Below are positions 9,296-20,500 of a stretch of 64,000 nt of DNA, in pieces; the stretch's first letter is position 1, and the number at the start of each line of letters is the position of its first letter. Origin of the DNA: Myxococcota bacterium. Lineage in GTDB: Bacteria > Myxococcota_A > SURF-8. A model generated the notes under the pieces. The model was not told the DNA's origin. It saw only the letters and a list, made by a program, of their open reading frames with translations, and made no database searches. The DNA is taken from positions 800,001-864,000 of the forward strand of contig CAXXQS010000001.1 in the NCBI GenBank assembly GCA_963674735.2, in the 5' to 3' direction. The position numbers were made by a program, and so were the translations under genes.

Positions 9296-10975
9296 TCAGT
9301 CGTAGACGATTTCGTCCTGGGTGACACGCAGAACTTCCTCGACGGTGGTCCAACCGCGCAAGATCTTCTCCACACCGTCCATGCGCAAAGTCAGCATGCC
9401 CTGGGAAAGCGCCTTGCGCTTGATTTGATTGACATCGGCGCTGGCCAGGATCATCGATTGAATTTCTTCTTCCACCGGTAGCAGCTCGAAAATTCCCATC
9501 CGTCCCTTGTAACCTTTGTTCATGCAGGCCGGGCAGCCTTCTGCGGCGTAGAACGGCCCCGTAATCTGGCTGCGGTCGAGCCCGATATTGCGCAGCTCTT
9601 CATCGCTGGGTACGTAGGGACGTTTGCATTGGTTGCAGACCAGACGCACCAGGCGCTGGGCCATAATACCGATGACCGACGAGGCGACCAGGAAGGGCTC
9701 CACGCCCATATCGATCATACGTGTGACGGTGGAAGCCGCATCGTTGGTATGGATGGTCGAGAACACCAAGTGACCGGTGAGCGAGGCCTGAATGGCGATT
9801 TCGGCGGTTTCGATGTCGCGAATCTCACCGATCATGATGACGTCGGGATCCTGGCGAAGAATGGACCGCAGCCCGCGGGCGAAGGTCATCTCGATTTTGC
9901 TGTTCACCGGAATCTGCCCGATGCCCGGCAACTGGTATTCGACCGGGTCTTCGATCGTGATCAGGTTTTTGTCGGGCGTGTTGATTTCCGACAAGGCCGA
10001 ATAAAGCGTCGTCGTCTTACCCGAACCGGTCGGGCCGGTGACCAGGATAATGCCGTGGGTCTGGTTGATCAGTCTCTGGAAAATGGCATACTGTTTTTCG
10101 AGGAAGCCGAGGCTCGACATCGACAACAGAACGGCGGAGCGGTCGAGCAAACGCATAACCAGGCGTTCCCCGTGACTGGTCGGCAGGGAGGACAGACGAA
10201 TATCGATGTCTTTGCCGGCGATTTTGATGCGAATTCGGCCGTCCTGAGGCAAGCGCTTTTCGGCGATGTTGAGATTGCCCATGATCTTGATGCGCGAGGT
10301 GATGGCCGCCTGGGCCGCCTTGGGCGGCCGCGTGACTTCGTACAGAACGCCGTCGATGCGCAGACGAACGGCCAGATCTTTTTCCATCGGCTCGATGTGA
10401 ATATCGCTGGCGCGCTCTTTTACCGCGCGAAGCAGCAGATTGTTGACGAAGCGGATGATGGGCGCGTCATCGGTGCCTTCCAAGATGTCGATCAGCCCGT
10501 CGTCTTCTTCCTCTTTGCTCTGGAGATCTTCGTCTTCCAGGTCGCGGCCTTCACCGAGTTCGGTGTAAACTTGGTTGATGGCGGGTAGGATGCGCTGATA
10601 GGACGCGACTTTCACTTCGACATTGCAACCGAGAATCAGCCGAAGGTCGTCGAGGGCGAACACTTCCAGCGGTTCGGCCGTCACCACGGTGATGGAGCCG
10701 TTTTCGCGCTTGATGGGCAACAGCTTGAATTGCTTGGCGAAGTTGATCGGAATGCGATCCATCAGATCCGATGGAATCTCCTTTGGTAGCTCGGGGAGAT
10801 AGTCCAACCCCAGTTGGGTGGCCAACGCATGCGCCAACTCTTCCTCGTTGATCGCCTTGATTATGACCAACACCTCGCCGAGACGCAGCCCTCGTTCCTC
10901 CTGGATGATGAGGGCTTCCTGGATCTTGTCGGCCGTGCAGGCGGTTTCCTGGATGATGACTTCACCGATCAGCAT
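9296..10975 (-). CDS. gspE: Type II secretion ATPase E
   Basis: ASDIHIEP, GPTGSGKTTT, TIEDPVEY and LRQDPDVIMIGEIRD motifs; CxxC...CxxC zinc motif. Confidence 0.98.
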   Translation of the reverse strand: MLIGEVIIQETACTADKIQEALIIQEERGLRLGEVLVIIKAINEEELAHALATQLGLDYLPELPKEIPSDLMDRIPINFAKQFKLLPIKRENGSITVVTAEPLEVFALDDLRLILGCNVEVKVASYQRILPAINQVYTELGEGRDLEDEDLQSKEEEDDGLIDILEGTDDAPIIRFVNNLLLRAVKERASDIHIEPMEKDLAVRLRIDGVLYEVTRPPKAAQAAITSRIKIMGNLNIAEKRLPQDGRIRIKIAGKDIDIRLSSLPTSHGERLVMRLLDRSAVLLSMSSLGFLEKQYAIFQRLINQTHGIILVTGPTGSGKTTTLYSALSEINTPDKNLITIEDPVEYQLPGIGQIPVNSKIEMTFARGLRSILRQDPDVIMIGEIRDIETAEIAIQASLTGHLVFSTIHTNDAASTVTRMIDMGVEPFLVASSVIGIMAQRLVRLVCNQCKRPYVPSDEELRNIGLDRSQITGPFYAAEGCPACMNKGYKGRMGIFELLPVEEEIQSMILASADVNQIKRKALSQGMLTLRMDGVEKILRGWTTVEEVLRVTQDEIVYD

Positions 10976-10984
10976 GGCGCACTC

Positions 10985-13720
10985 CTATTCGTCGGCCTCG
11001 TCGCGAGAGGAACGCCCGGTCAGGCGCCGCATCAGTTCGGTCGGGTCCGGGCGACTCGCGGAGGCGGGCGTTTTAGCCTCATCCGTGTCCTCACCCGCCG
11101 ATGTGGACGAGGACGACGGTCCGTCTGTCAGTCCGACTTCATAGGCCTGGTGCCCGCTTTCGGGGACGATCAGCATCTCTTCGGTTTCCTTCGTTTTAAC
11201 CTGCAGGCTCTGCAGTTCCTCTTCGTAAGTCGAGCGGATGGTTTCGACGATGCCGGTTTTCTGGCTGTAGTCGACCTCGAACTCGTAGTCTTCTTCGGTA
11301 CCGTAGAATTTGCGCAGGAATTCGTTGCGTTCGTCCATCTTGCGCTTGAAGATTTTCTTGAAATCATCCTCGTCTTTGATGATGTGTGGCGTTAGGAAGA
11401 TCAACAGGTTGGTCTTCTCGTCGTTGTCTTTGTCGCGCCGGAACAGTCGGCCGAGAATGGGAATGTCGCCGAGGAATGGCACTTTTTCCGAGTCCGCTTT
11501 CTGGACGTCGCGAATCAAACCACCGATGACGATCGTTTGGTTGTCCTTCACGACGACCACACTTTTCGCGGCGCGTTTGGTGGTGGTCGGGCCGAGTGTC
11601 TCACTGATGGAGACCAGCTCGGTGATTTCCTGCTGCACCTGCAGGCGTACGTAATCGCTTTCGTTGATCTGCGGCTTGATTTTCAAGGTGAGGGCCACAT
11701 CCTGGCGTTGAATCGAGAGGACGGGCTGATTGTTGGAATCGCGAGCCGAACCGGTAACGAAAGGCACGTTGGAGCCGACGATAATTTCGGCTTCCTCATT
11801 ATCCATGGTGAGGATGTGCGGGGTTTGCAGCACGTTGGCGTTGGAGTCGGTCTGGATCATTTGTATCATGACGCCGAACGAGGGTAGCGAGACGCCTTCA
11901 CCCAGAAGACCTTCGGTTCCTTCCAGATCCGGACCCTGCAAGCCGACGGCCAGACCGGACAGCGTTGTCGGGTCGATCGCAACCGAACTCATGGTGCCGA
12001 GGGTGGTGCCGGCAAACAGCGGAACTTGCTCGCCGCCGATGTCGAAGGTGTAACCGCCGTTCATGGCGATACCCTGGGCGTTATCGCGTTTGAGGGTGAC
12101 CTCCATGATGACCGCCTCGACGAAAACCTGACGGCGGCGCAGATCGAGCTTTTTGATGACTTTTTTCAACTGATTGAAATCTTTGGTCGACGCCGTAATA
12201 ACCAGGGAGTTGGTGGCCTTGTCGGCCGTGATTTTCACTTCGCCCTCGAATAGCTCGCCCTGATTCTGGCCGCCTTTTCCTTTGCTCTTGCTTTTACTGG
12301 TGTTGCCGCGGCCGGCCAAACCGGTGAGCGTGGAAGCCAGCTCCTCGGCATTGGCGTTTTCCAGATAAAAGACATGTACTTGCCCGTCACCGGGGATCGG
12401 AACGTCCAGGCGGTTGATCATATCCAGAATCTTGGGCATGGCGCTGCGGGGAGCGACCACGATCAACTGATTGGTGCGCTCATCCGCCAACACGTTGGAC
12501 ATGGTGACCTGGGTGGCATCGCTTTCGTCGGGTGTGCTTTTGCTGGATTTTCCCCTGGACCGAGTGCTTTTCGTCGCGGTGGATTTGGATTTGCTGCCGC
12601 CTTTATCGCCGAAAATCTGCTGCAATTTCTCGGCCACGTCCGCCGCCGATGCGTAGTAAATGTCGATGACGTGGATGGCGTCGCGGCCGCTGGGCAGATC
12701 GAGTTCGTTGATGATCTTGAGCATGCGACGGATATTGATGGCGGTATCGGTGATGATCAGAGAATTGGTCGGTTCGAAGGAGAGGATGTTACCCTCTTTG
12801 CTTTTCAGATCCTTCAAAACCCGTTCGATGTCTTTGATTTCCAAGTGCTTGAGCTTGAGCAGGTAGGTGACGAATTCTTCGGTGGGGTCGGTGCTGCCAC
12901 CGTTCAAATAGGTTTTCATCGGGTTGCGCTCGGCCTCGCGCGACTTGATGATCTTATAAAACTTACCCACGCGTGTCAGGGCGAGGTCTTTGGAATTTAG
13001 CGCGGACAGGAAGGCCTGCCAGGCTTCTTCGCGCGTGACCGGGTTCGGTGAAATGATCGTGATCTTTCCGCCTTTTACACTATCGGAGATAATGAAGTTT
13101 ACCTTGAACTTCTCCGACATCTGTTTGACGAATTCGATCAGATCCTGATCGTAATAGTCGATATAGTATTTTTCGCCTTTGTTGAAGCCTTTGAAATCTG
13201 TACGTTCTTCTTCGGCGTTACCCATCTGGACCGGCAATGCTTTAGCCGGTGTGGCGGCGGAAGGTGCCGGGCGCTCGGTCTGACCGCGTACGCCTGAACT
13301 GGGCTTGGGTGCGGGAGGAGCCGGAGGGCGTTTCCCATCCGCTTTGAGCGTGTTGGCGGAATCGGTCGGGGTGGCCGTGTTTTTGCCTTTGAGCTTTTTG
13401 GCCAGGTCGGGATTGAAGGCCTTCCCGGGACGATAGGTTTTTTCCGGCTTGCCGGTCGACGCAGGCTTGAACGGCGATGCTCCCAGGCTTTTCGGCTGTT
13501 TGGACGAGCCTTTCGCCTGATCCGCTTCTTCGTCGCTGTCTTTGGCGTTCGGCTTCCCTTTTACCGGAGGGCCCTTTTTCAACTGCACCGGTGCGAGGGC
13601 CGTGTCGGCTTTCAGGCTGTCGGACGCGGGTTCCGTTTGAGCGAACGCGAGTCCGGACGCGGTTAGAAGCAGCGCCGCCACTATCGAGATGATCGCTTGT
13701 TTGAGTCCCTGGGTAACCAT
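10985..13720 (-). CDS. gspD: Type II secretion secretin D with long Pro/Lys-rich N-terminal extension
   Basis: Signal peptide; N-domains (TNSLII, TNQLIV, TNSLVI); LDLRRRQVFVEAVIMEV and KVPFLGDIPILGRLFR motifs. Confidence 0.97.
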   Translation of the reverse strand: MVTQGLKQAIISIVAALLLTASGLAFAQTEPASDSLKADTALAPVQLKKGPPVKGKPNAKDSDEEADQAKGSSKQPKSLGASPFKPASTGKPEKTYRPGKAFNPDLAKKLKGKNTATPTDSANTLKADGKRPPAPPAPKPSSGVRGQTERPAPSAATPAKALPVQMGNAEEERTDFKGFNKGEKYYIDYYDQDLIEFVKQMSEKFKVNFIISDSVKGGKITIISPNPVTREEAWQAFLSALNSKDLALTRVGKFYKIIKSREAERNPMKTYLNGGSTDPTEEFVTYLLKLKHLEIKDIERVLKDLKSKEGNILSFEPTNSLIITDTAINIRRMLKIINELDLPSGRDAIHVIDIYYASAADVAEKLQQIFGDKGGSKSKSTATKSTRSRGKSSKSTPDESDATQVTMSNVLADERTNQLIVVAPRSAMPKILDMINRLDVPIPGDGQVHVFYLENANAEELASTLTGLAGRGNTSKSKSKGKGGQNQGELFEGEVKITADKATNSLVITASTKDFNQLKKVIKKLDLRRRQVFVEAVIMEVTLKRDNAQGIAMNGGYTFDIGGEQVPLFAGTTLGTMSSVAIDPTTLSGLAVGLQGPDLEGTEGLLGEGVSLPSFGVMIQMIQTDSNANVLQTPHILTMDNEEAEIIVGSNVPFVTGSARDSNNQPVLSIQRQDVALTLKIKPQINESDYVRLQVQQEITELVSISETLGPTTTKRAAKSVVVVKDNQTIVIGGLIRDVQKADSEKVPFLGDIPILGRLFRRDKDNDEKTNLLIFLTPHIIKDEDDFKKIFKRKMDERNEFLRKFYGTEEDYEFEVDYSQKTGIVETIRSTYEEELQSLQVKTKETEEMLIVPESGHQAYEVGLTDGPSSSSTSAGEDTDEAKTPASASRPDPTELMRRLTGRSSRDEADE

Positions 13721-13762
13721 AAACTCCGTCTCCTTGTCACAAGACCGAATCGTGATCTATGT

Positions 13763-14683
13763 TCATTGAATCGTATAATCCAAACTGGTTTTCTGGCCGC
13801 GCCGCAGAACGTCGATCGTGATGCTCTTTTCGCTACGCAGTTTCGAGTAAACCTCAAGCGCTTTTTCCGGGCTGTCGATTTCGAGCCCGTTGACACGCTG
13901 GAGGATGTCGCCGTTTTTGATGCCGATTTTCTGGTAAAGCGAGCCCGGCTTGATGGAGTAAATGCGGAAACCGTTTGATTTTCCATTTTGGAAACTGGGC
14001 ACGATACGAGCCTGGGTTGCCAGTACGTTCAGATTTTCCATGGCGCGTGCGACTTCGGATTCCGATACGATGAATTCGGTTTCGCTGATTTTGCGGATGC
14101 CGTCTTCGGCCGCTTCTTTACCGACGTCTTTCAGGTTCTTTTTCTTTTCGGGCGCTTCTCCGTGGAACAGACATTCGACGCGTCCGTTGTTGTTGATGAA
14201 CAACTTGTGGCGGACGACGGCGACTACCGTTGCACTCGGGGAGAACTCGTGTCCGATTTCGAACATTTTGGCTTTGTTGTTGGAATCGAGCACGAGTGCG
14301 AAGGAACTTCCGGGGTTGTCCGACACCACCGTGCCGATCAGCGTGCCGGGAAGGCTGGATTTGGGGCAGTCGGTGTTTTCGGTGTACTCATCCGGATTGT
14401 CCGGCATGGGTGTTTTGGCGGAAGCTTCTTGGGTGTTTTCGGGGATCGGTTCGGGAGGCAGCATGGATTCGCCGGTAAAAGGGTTTTTGGTGGCTTTTCT
14501 CGTCGTGGAGGTGTTGGAAGCCCGGGGTGCGGGTTCTTCCGCGGGGGCGACCAGTGAAGCCTGGGCATCTCCCGCCAGCCAGGAGCCCACGAAGGTATTG
14601 ACAGACTTGGCGGCCAAAAACGCACACGTGGCGATGGTGACCAAGTTGATTGTCCAGAAGTATTTCTTGATATATTTTTCCAT
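13763..14683 (-). CDS. gspC: Type II secretion protein C (TM, HR domain, PDZ)
   Basis: LIGTVVS HR domain; PDZ segment ARIVP...GFRIYSIKPGSLYQKIGIKNGDIL. Start set at MEKYIKK. Confidence 0.93.
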   Translation of the reverse strand: MEKYIKKYFWTINLVTIATCAFLAAKSVNTFVGSWLAGDAQASLVAPAEEPAPRASNTSTTRKATKNPFTGESMLPPEPIPENTQEASAKTPMPDNPDEYTENTDCPKSSLPGTLIGTVVSDNPGSSFALVLDSNNKAKMFEIGHEFSPSATVVAVVRHKLFINNNGRVECLFHGEAPEKKKNLKDVGKEAAEDGIRKISETEFIVSESEVARAMENLNVLATQARIVPSFQNGKSNGFRIYSIKPGSLYQKIGIKNGDILQRVNGLEIDSPEKALEVYSKLRSEKSITIDVLRRGQKTSLDYTIQ

Positions 14684-14741
14684 CGGTTCGCGACCCTCTC
14701 GCTCGCCCAGCGTCCACAATATTAATCCAGCCGTAGACGGA

Positions 14742-14757
14742 TGCAATAAATATGCCT
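14742..14757 (-). promoter_or_regulatory. Putative sigma-54 (-24/-12) promoter of the gsp operon
   Basis: Minus strand AGGCATA-TTTA-TTGCA has exact GG-N10-GC spacing and lies about 60 bp upstream of gspC. Confidence 0.65.
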
Positions 14758-14883
14758 GCATTTGGAAAAAAAATATCTAGTAATATCAGTCAGATAGCGT
14801 TTGAAGGGAAGGGCGCGATACGAGAAAGGCATGGATTGACAGTTTTGAAAGATAAAACCGGTCTATTGGGAAGAAACAGGGAA

Positions 14884-14935
14884 GACAAAATGTCATTTTC
14901 TTCACAATGGGCGATCGGTGTATGACAAAATGTCA
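14884..14935. promoter_or_regulatory. Tandem palindromic upstream activator sites
   Basis: GACAAAATGTCA at 14884 and 14924, 40 bp apart (TGACA-N3-TGTCA dyad), about 130-180 bp upstream of the sigma-54 motif. Confidence 0.6.
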
Positions 14936-15091
14936 CTGAGTGGGGCGAGGGTGTGTAGGACGCTGAAAAGACTATTGAAAAGAAATTGTTTGCTCTTCTT
15001 TGAGCACTTATGGTAAAGGAAATCGATATCGTATGGCAATGGATTGGTCGATCAGACTGCGGAGCGCGTTTTTTTAGCGGAAGGCGGGTGA

Positions 15092-15412
15092 GTGACGACA
15101 TTAACCGCTGAAAAAGTTGTAAAACTGGTAGCCCAGGGGGTTAGTCTGTATAAGGCCGATTTGTCGGGAATCGACTTGCACGATTACAACCTGCGAGGTT
15201 GCGATTTCAGCTATTCGGATCTTTCCAATGCCGATCTTTCCAATGCCAATTTCGTCTGCGCCAACCTGGAAGGCGCCAATCTGGACGGGGCCGACCTGCA
15301 AGGTACGGATTTGCGATATGCCAATCTGAGCGGGGCTATCGTTACCAATACCATCCTTGAAAATACCGACTTATTTAAAGTCACAAAGCTCAAGCACCAG
15401 AAGAAAAGTTAA
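15092..15412 (+). CDS. Pentapeptide repeat protein
   Basis: A(D/N)LxX repeats (ADLSG, ADLSN, ANLEG, ANLDG, ADLQG). Confidence 0.85.
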   Translation: MTTLTAEKVVKLVAQGVSLYKADLSGIDLHDYNLRGCDFSYSDLSNADLSNANFVCANLEGANLDGADLQGTDLRYANLSGAIVTNTILENTDLFKVTKLKHQKKS

Positions 15413-15513
15413 GTAATATCAATTTGGTGTGAATGGGCTGGCTTTTGCGGTAAAGCCCCTGCCACGGTGGCGCCGGTGCGGCCTGACTGCTCGGAGGGAT
15501 GCGTTTATGTAAT

Positions 15514-15855
15514 CTAGTTCTCAGCGTAGAAGGGGTCGTTCTTTGCCAGGAAACCTTTGAGTGCTTGACGTGATTCACCTTCGAGGTTGGTGAACTTGAT
15601 GCCCATCTGCCCGTCTTCGTCTTCCCGGCTCCAAACCACTTCGCCCAAGCACTCAACCACTTGTTCTTCATCAGGGAAATTGATGGCCAATTCGACGATA
15701 GTCCCGACTTTTTCAACGCTCGGGGCTATGATACTGATTCCACCGAGAGAGATGTTTTCGATGCGGTGAAACAGCAGAATTTCTTCGCCGGTGTAATCGA
15801 CATAAACATTCGCTTCTATACGCGGGTAGCGACGCTGTTCTTTGCCTCCGGGCAT
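15514..15855 (-). CDS. PilZ domain protein (candidate c-di-GMP receptor)
   Basis: QRRYPR (RxxxR), NISLGG (D/NxSxxG), GEVVW and MGIKF motifs. Confidence 0.92.
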   Translation of the reverse strand: MPGGKEQRRYPRIEANVYVDYTGEEILLFHRIENISLGGISIIAPSVEKVGTIVELAINFPDEEQVVECLGEVVWSREDEDGQMGIKFTNLEGESRQALKGFLAKNDPFYAEN

Positions 15856-15939
15856 CCGGACCTCCCTAAGATGAATCTCGAACAGTTCGAGTATAGTGAA
15901 ACGATTCGATAATGCAAGCTTTTTCGGCGAATGGTAACG

Positions 15940-17292
15940 CTACTCGCCGGATGTCGTTTTTCGGTAGATGGTTCGGACGGCAATGCCCAGAATTTGCGCA
16001 GCCAGCTTTTTGTCCCCAGCGGTGCGTTGCAGGGTGTCCTTGATCAGACGTTGTTCGATTTCGTCGAGAGTCAAGCCGAAGGGAATTTTGTATTCACTGG
16101 GAGGCTTGGGTTTGCCTTCGTGTTCGAAGAAATCTTCCGGTTCAAGGACATTGCCGACGGTTAGGACGACGGCGCGTTCGATCATTTTTTCCAATTCGCG
16201 TACGTTGCCCGGCCAGTTGTGCTGCATGAGCCGCTCGATGGCTTGTTGGGAGATCGCCTTGATCGGTTTGTTGTTTTTTTCGCAGTAGCGTCGAATAAAG
16301 TGTTGCGATAACAACGGAATGTCGTCGCGTCTGTCACGCAGGGGGGGTAAGGTCAGCGTGATGACATTCAGGCGGTAAAAGAGGTCTTCGCGGAAGCGCT
16401 TGGCTTCGACTTCTTCTGCAAGATTTCGATTCGTCGCCGCGACCAGGCGGAAGTCGACTTTGATGGGCTTGGCAGAGCCGAGACGCTCAAACTCCCATTC
16501 CTGTAACAATCTCAGCAGTTTAGCTTGTAAGGTGAGGCTCATGTCGCTGATTTCGTCTAAAAACAGCGTGCCGCCTTCTGCGGCCATGATGCGCCCGTCT
16601 TTACGTTGCGTGGCTCCGGTGAAAGCTCCCTTTTCGTAACCGAACAGCTCCGCTTCCAAAATGGATTCGGGCAGGGCGGCGCAGTTGACGGCCACGAAGT
16701 TCCGCTCCTCGCGTCCGGACAGCCGGTGAATGGCGCGGGCGAAAAGCTCTTTGCCGGTTCCCGAATCACCCAGAATGAGCATGGTGGCGGTGGAGGGCGC
16801 GGCCTGTTTGAGAATTGTCAGCGGTTTCTGCATGGCCGGAGCGGAGCCGATGATTTCCGCCAAGCCGTCAACCTGCTGCAGCTTGGCTCGTAACTCCCGG
16901 TTTTCAGCCAACAAACGACGTCGTTCCATCGCGCGTTCGACGGTTTGAATGACCTGGAGCTTGCGGATCGGCTTGGTGATGAAGTCGTAAGCCCCTGATT
17001 TCATAGCTTGAACAGCGGTTTCTACCGTTCCGTAGGCGGTCATCAGAATGACCTGGCAGTCCAGTTCAAGCGTGCGTACGGTCTTCAGGACGTCCAGGCC
17101 GTCCACTTCACCCGGCATGATCAAGTCGGTGAGAACGACGGGGAAGTCGTCCGAGCGCAGTTTGTCGATGGCATCTTTGCCGCGCGATGAGGTTTCGACG
17201 ACGTAGTTTTCTTTTTCGAAAATCCGTGCCAAAGTGGCCAGATGTTCGACTTCATCGTCGACAATCAGGATTCTTTTTTCCATCCACGACAT
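15940..17292 (-). CDS. Sigma-54-dependent response regulator (REC-AAA-HTH, NtrC/AtoC family)
   Basis: ILIVDDE, TDLIMPG, GDSGTGKE, GAFTGA and WPGNVREL motifs; Fis-type HTH. Confidence 0.96.
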   Translation of the reverse strand: MSWMEKRILIVDDEVEHLATLARIFEKENYVVETSSRGKDAIDKLRSDDFPVVLTDLIMPGEVDGLDVLKTVRTLELDCQVILMTAYGTVETAVQAMKSGAYDFITKPIRKLQVIQTVERAMERRRLLAENRELRAKLQQVDGLAEIIGSAPAMQKPLTILKQAAPSTATMLILGDSGTGKELFARAIHRLSGREERNFVAVNCAALPESILEAELFGYEKGAFTGATQRKDGRIMAAEGGTLFLDEISDMSLTLQAKLLRLLQEWEFERLGSAKPIKVDFRLVAATNRNLAEEVEAKRFREDLFYRLNVITLTLPPLRDRRDDIPLLSQHFIRRYCEKNNKPIKAISQQAIERLMQHNWPGNVRELEKMIERAVVLTVGNVLEPEDFFEHEGKPKPPSEYKIPFGLTLDEIEQRLIKDTLQRTAGDKKLAAQILGIAVRTIYRKTTSGE

Positions 17293-17599
17293 GTTCAATT
17301 TCCTAGTGTCCGTTTCGCTGATTGGGTAGCATAGTTCGAAGGTGAATGCAACCACAAGGTCTTGATTTTTTTATGTTGCACTATGATTCCGGCTATGCTA
17401 ACGTCCCGACCGACCACTCATATGGGACGGGGGTCCGTTCCCTGTTTGTGGAAATATTGATCGAATTCCAAAAGAATTCCGGTGTTCCTAGCAACCAACA
17501 TTAAAAGACCCGGAAAAAGTCCTTTGCTGGCTGATTCGGGATCGCGTTTGAGAAATTACGGTTTGTCTACCACGTTGTTTTCTTAAAGGAGGATTACCC

Positions 17600-20500
17600 A
17601 TGCGTTTTGGTAATCAATCTACGGGCCGGAGATCGATGTTGCCGTGGCTGCTGATGCTGCTGATCATCTCGGCAGTCTGGCTGATCAACTGCAATGACCA
17701 TCGCTTTACGCCTCTGGCGGATATCGAGGTTTATCCCGATGTCATCGATTACGAGGTGCAGCGTACCTCGCAGCTTACCGAGGAGATTCTGATTACCAAC
17801 AAAGGCGTTTCCGCCAAGTTGGAAATCTACGAAATCAACTTGGAGGATTCGAGCGGCGGTGTCCTGACTGAAGAATACGAGCCGGTAACCGACCAGACTC
17901 AGCTTATGCAGAATCTGGTTCCGAAACGGCTGTCCGATGGTTCGGCCATTGCGTACCTGACGGCCCCGATGGGACTTATCTCGGACGTCTCCTGCGAGGA
18001 TGATAGCTACTGTCATTGTACACCGGATACGGAGTCGGGAGAAACCTGCACCTACGCACTGGGCGATTCCACGGTGAACAAAGAACGCATGGGTGAGGGT
18101 TTTGTCTGCGCCCAGCATCCGCTGAATCCCAATGCCGGTAAAGTTTGCCTTGCTTACTTCAAATACTTCAATAACGCCGGAAACACCTTTACCGACGAGG
18201 CCGGCGAAGCGCATGTGAACGTTGCGCGGCAGGCGACCTGGGGCGGCGAATCCAAGACGGCCTGCACGGACTCCACCGCCTGCACGAGACTGGGACCGGA
18301 TTTTGTTTGCAAGGCTTCCGGAGTCTGCGGCACCGATATCCAGTTCGGCTTCTCCATGGAATACGGCCTGGAGCGCATGGTCGCGGTTAACAGCGAATTG
18401 GTGGATACCGATAAAGCCGCCGTTTGGAAGAGCATCGATGGCCGGGAAATCTGCCTGGTGGACGAGCAGGGCAATACGACGAGCGATTCCGCTTTTTACG
18501 GTCTTAACCGCTGCGATCAGATGGCTCTCAAGCGCTATGTCAGCGCGATCGATGACGGCGACGACCGTGTCGGTTACCGTTTGGTGCCCAAACGCCAGGC
18601 CAACTATCGCGTGATGGTCTCGGCTGTGGAAGGCGAAATCGGCCAGGCCAAGTACGTCACTTTCTGCGATAACGGCGAAGCGGTGGGCGTTAACGACATC
18701 ATGTTGGACGACCCGCTGGCCGGTCAGGATTGCTTGAATAGCGACAACGAAGTGAAATCCGATCTGCTTTCGATTTCGCCGGAAAATGTCAAGCTCGACC
18801 AGCTGCCTGTACGCATTCTTTACGATCCGATGTCGGATTACGATTCGGCGGCGGTGCTGTCGGGCAAAATCTTCACGATGCGCATCTTCAATTCGGCCCG
18901 CGTGGGTAACTCTTACGAGCGCACTGTTTCTTTGACCTTGCCTGAGAATCGCGGTGGACCCCCCATTCCGATCATCGAGATTCCGGCCGATCAACAGGAT
19001 CCGGAACCGTTGGATGTTATCCATCTCGACGGTCGCAACAGCGAGTCGCCTTTCGGTGACGAACGTAAACCCTTCCAGTACTACTGGGAGTGGGCGCCGG
19101 GTGGCAAACCCGCCTATGCGCAGGATGCCGTCTTGATCGAATCCACCGGCGATTTCGACAACCCCCGCTCGATCATGGGTAAGTGGACTGCCGAAGGCTA
19201 TCCGAAGATCTTCTTCCCCATCGCGGGTGAATACAAGATTCGTCTGCGCGTGAAGGATGCCGCCGGTGTCGAGAGCGGTCCCAACGACGACTGCCCGACC
19301 TGTCCCGAATATGACGAGATCACCATCAAGGTCAAGCCGTCGCAGAAACTCCACGTGGAGTTGATCTGGGACCGTGGCGACCAAGTCGATCTCGATCTCT
19401 TCCTGGTGCGCTATCGTGCTGACGGCACCTTCGCCGTTCCGGCTCCTTTCCAGGATCGCATCCAGCCTCCGCAAGTGACGATGTATGCTTGTGAAGACGA
19501 CAGCGACTGCTACGACGGTGCGTTCACCTGCAATACCGGTACCGGCTACTGCCAGAATTCCTGCCAAAGCGACGCGGACTGCAAAGCGGTCAGCGGCGGC
19601 TGGTACTGCAATGAATTCAACGAGTGCGCCATCCATGCCGATGGTGTGATCGAATGCGAAAGCGATGCGGACTGCAACGGCGGATCCTGCAACCCGAGCA
19701 AAGTTCGGGCGGAATACAAGATGATCTGCACCAGCCATAATTCCGATTCCGTCAACGACACCTGCTTCTTCCTGAACGGCCAGCCGCGCTGGGGCGAATA
19801 CGACAACGTATCGTTGGGCTGCGTATCGGATACCGATTGCAACAGTGCGGGCGATGAGACCTTCGCTTGCGGAACCAACGATTTCTGCGACTTCACTTGC
19901 AACAACTCGGCTGAATGCCTCGGCAAGAGCCCGCAGTACCTGTGCGGTGAAGGCGGAGCCTGTGTCGGGAACAACCAGGACGACGATCCCACCCTCGACA
20001 TCGATGACGTGGATGGTTGGGGTCCGGAAAACATCTCTCTCAAAGAGCCGGTCACCGGAACCTATCGTGTGGTGGCGCGTCTGTATGCCGATCCCTATAC
20101 CGTGGTCAACAACACGTCTCCCAACGGTCCGGTCAAAGCCTTCGTGCAGATCTACCTCAACGGTGAGCTGGCGTTGTCCAAGGGGATCGGGCATGAGCTG
20201 TATTCCCCGAGCACCTACTGGAAAGTCGCCGACATCGAATGGGACTCCACGTTGGGTGAAGGGGGCGACGGCGAAGTTCTTCCCATCTGCGCGGGCTGGA
20301 CGCTCACCAAGTGCGGAAACACCGCCGATTGCGAAGACTGGTATGGCGACGATTATTCCTGCGGACAGCGCCAGTGGGGCAAGTTCTGCTCGACCTGCAA
20401 CGGCTTGGGTGCGCCGGATGAGTGCAATCCGACCATCGCCTGCTCCAGTGACGCCGACTGTGTGAATGAGATCTCCTCGAAGATCTGTTCCGAAATCAAG

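Noticed and set aside
17594-20194. 866-aa minus-strand ORF (also 4062-5525 +, 29589-30950 -, 45190-46767 -)
   Set aside because: Antisense shadows of well-supported genes, expected from GC-rich codon bias; no recognisable motifs.
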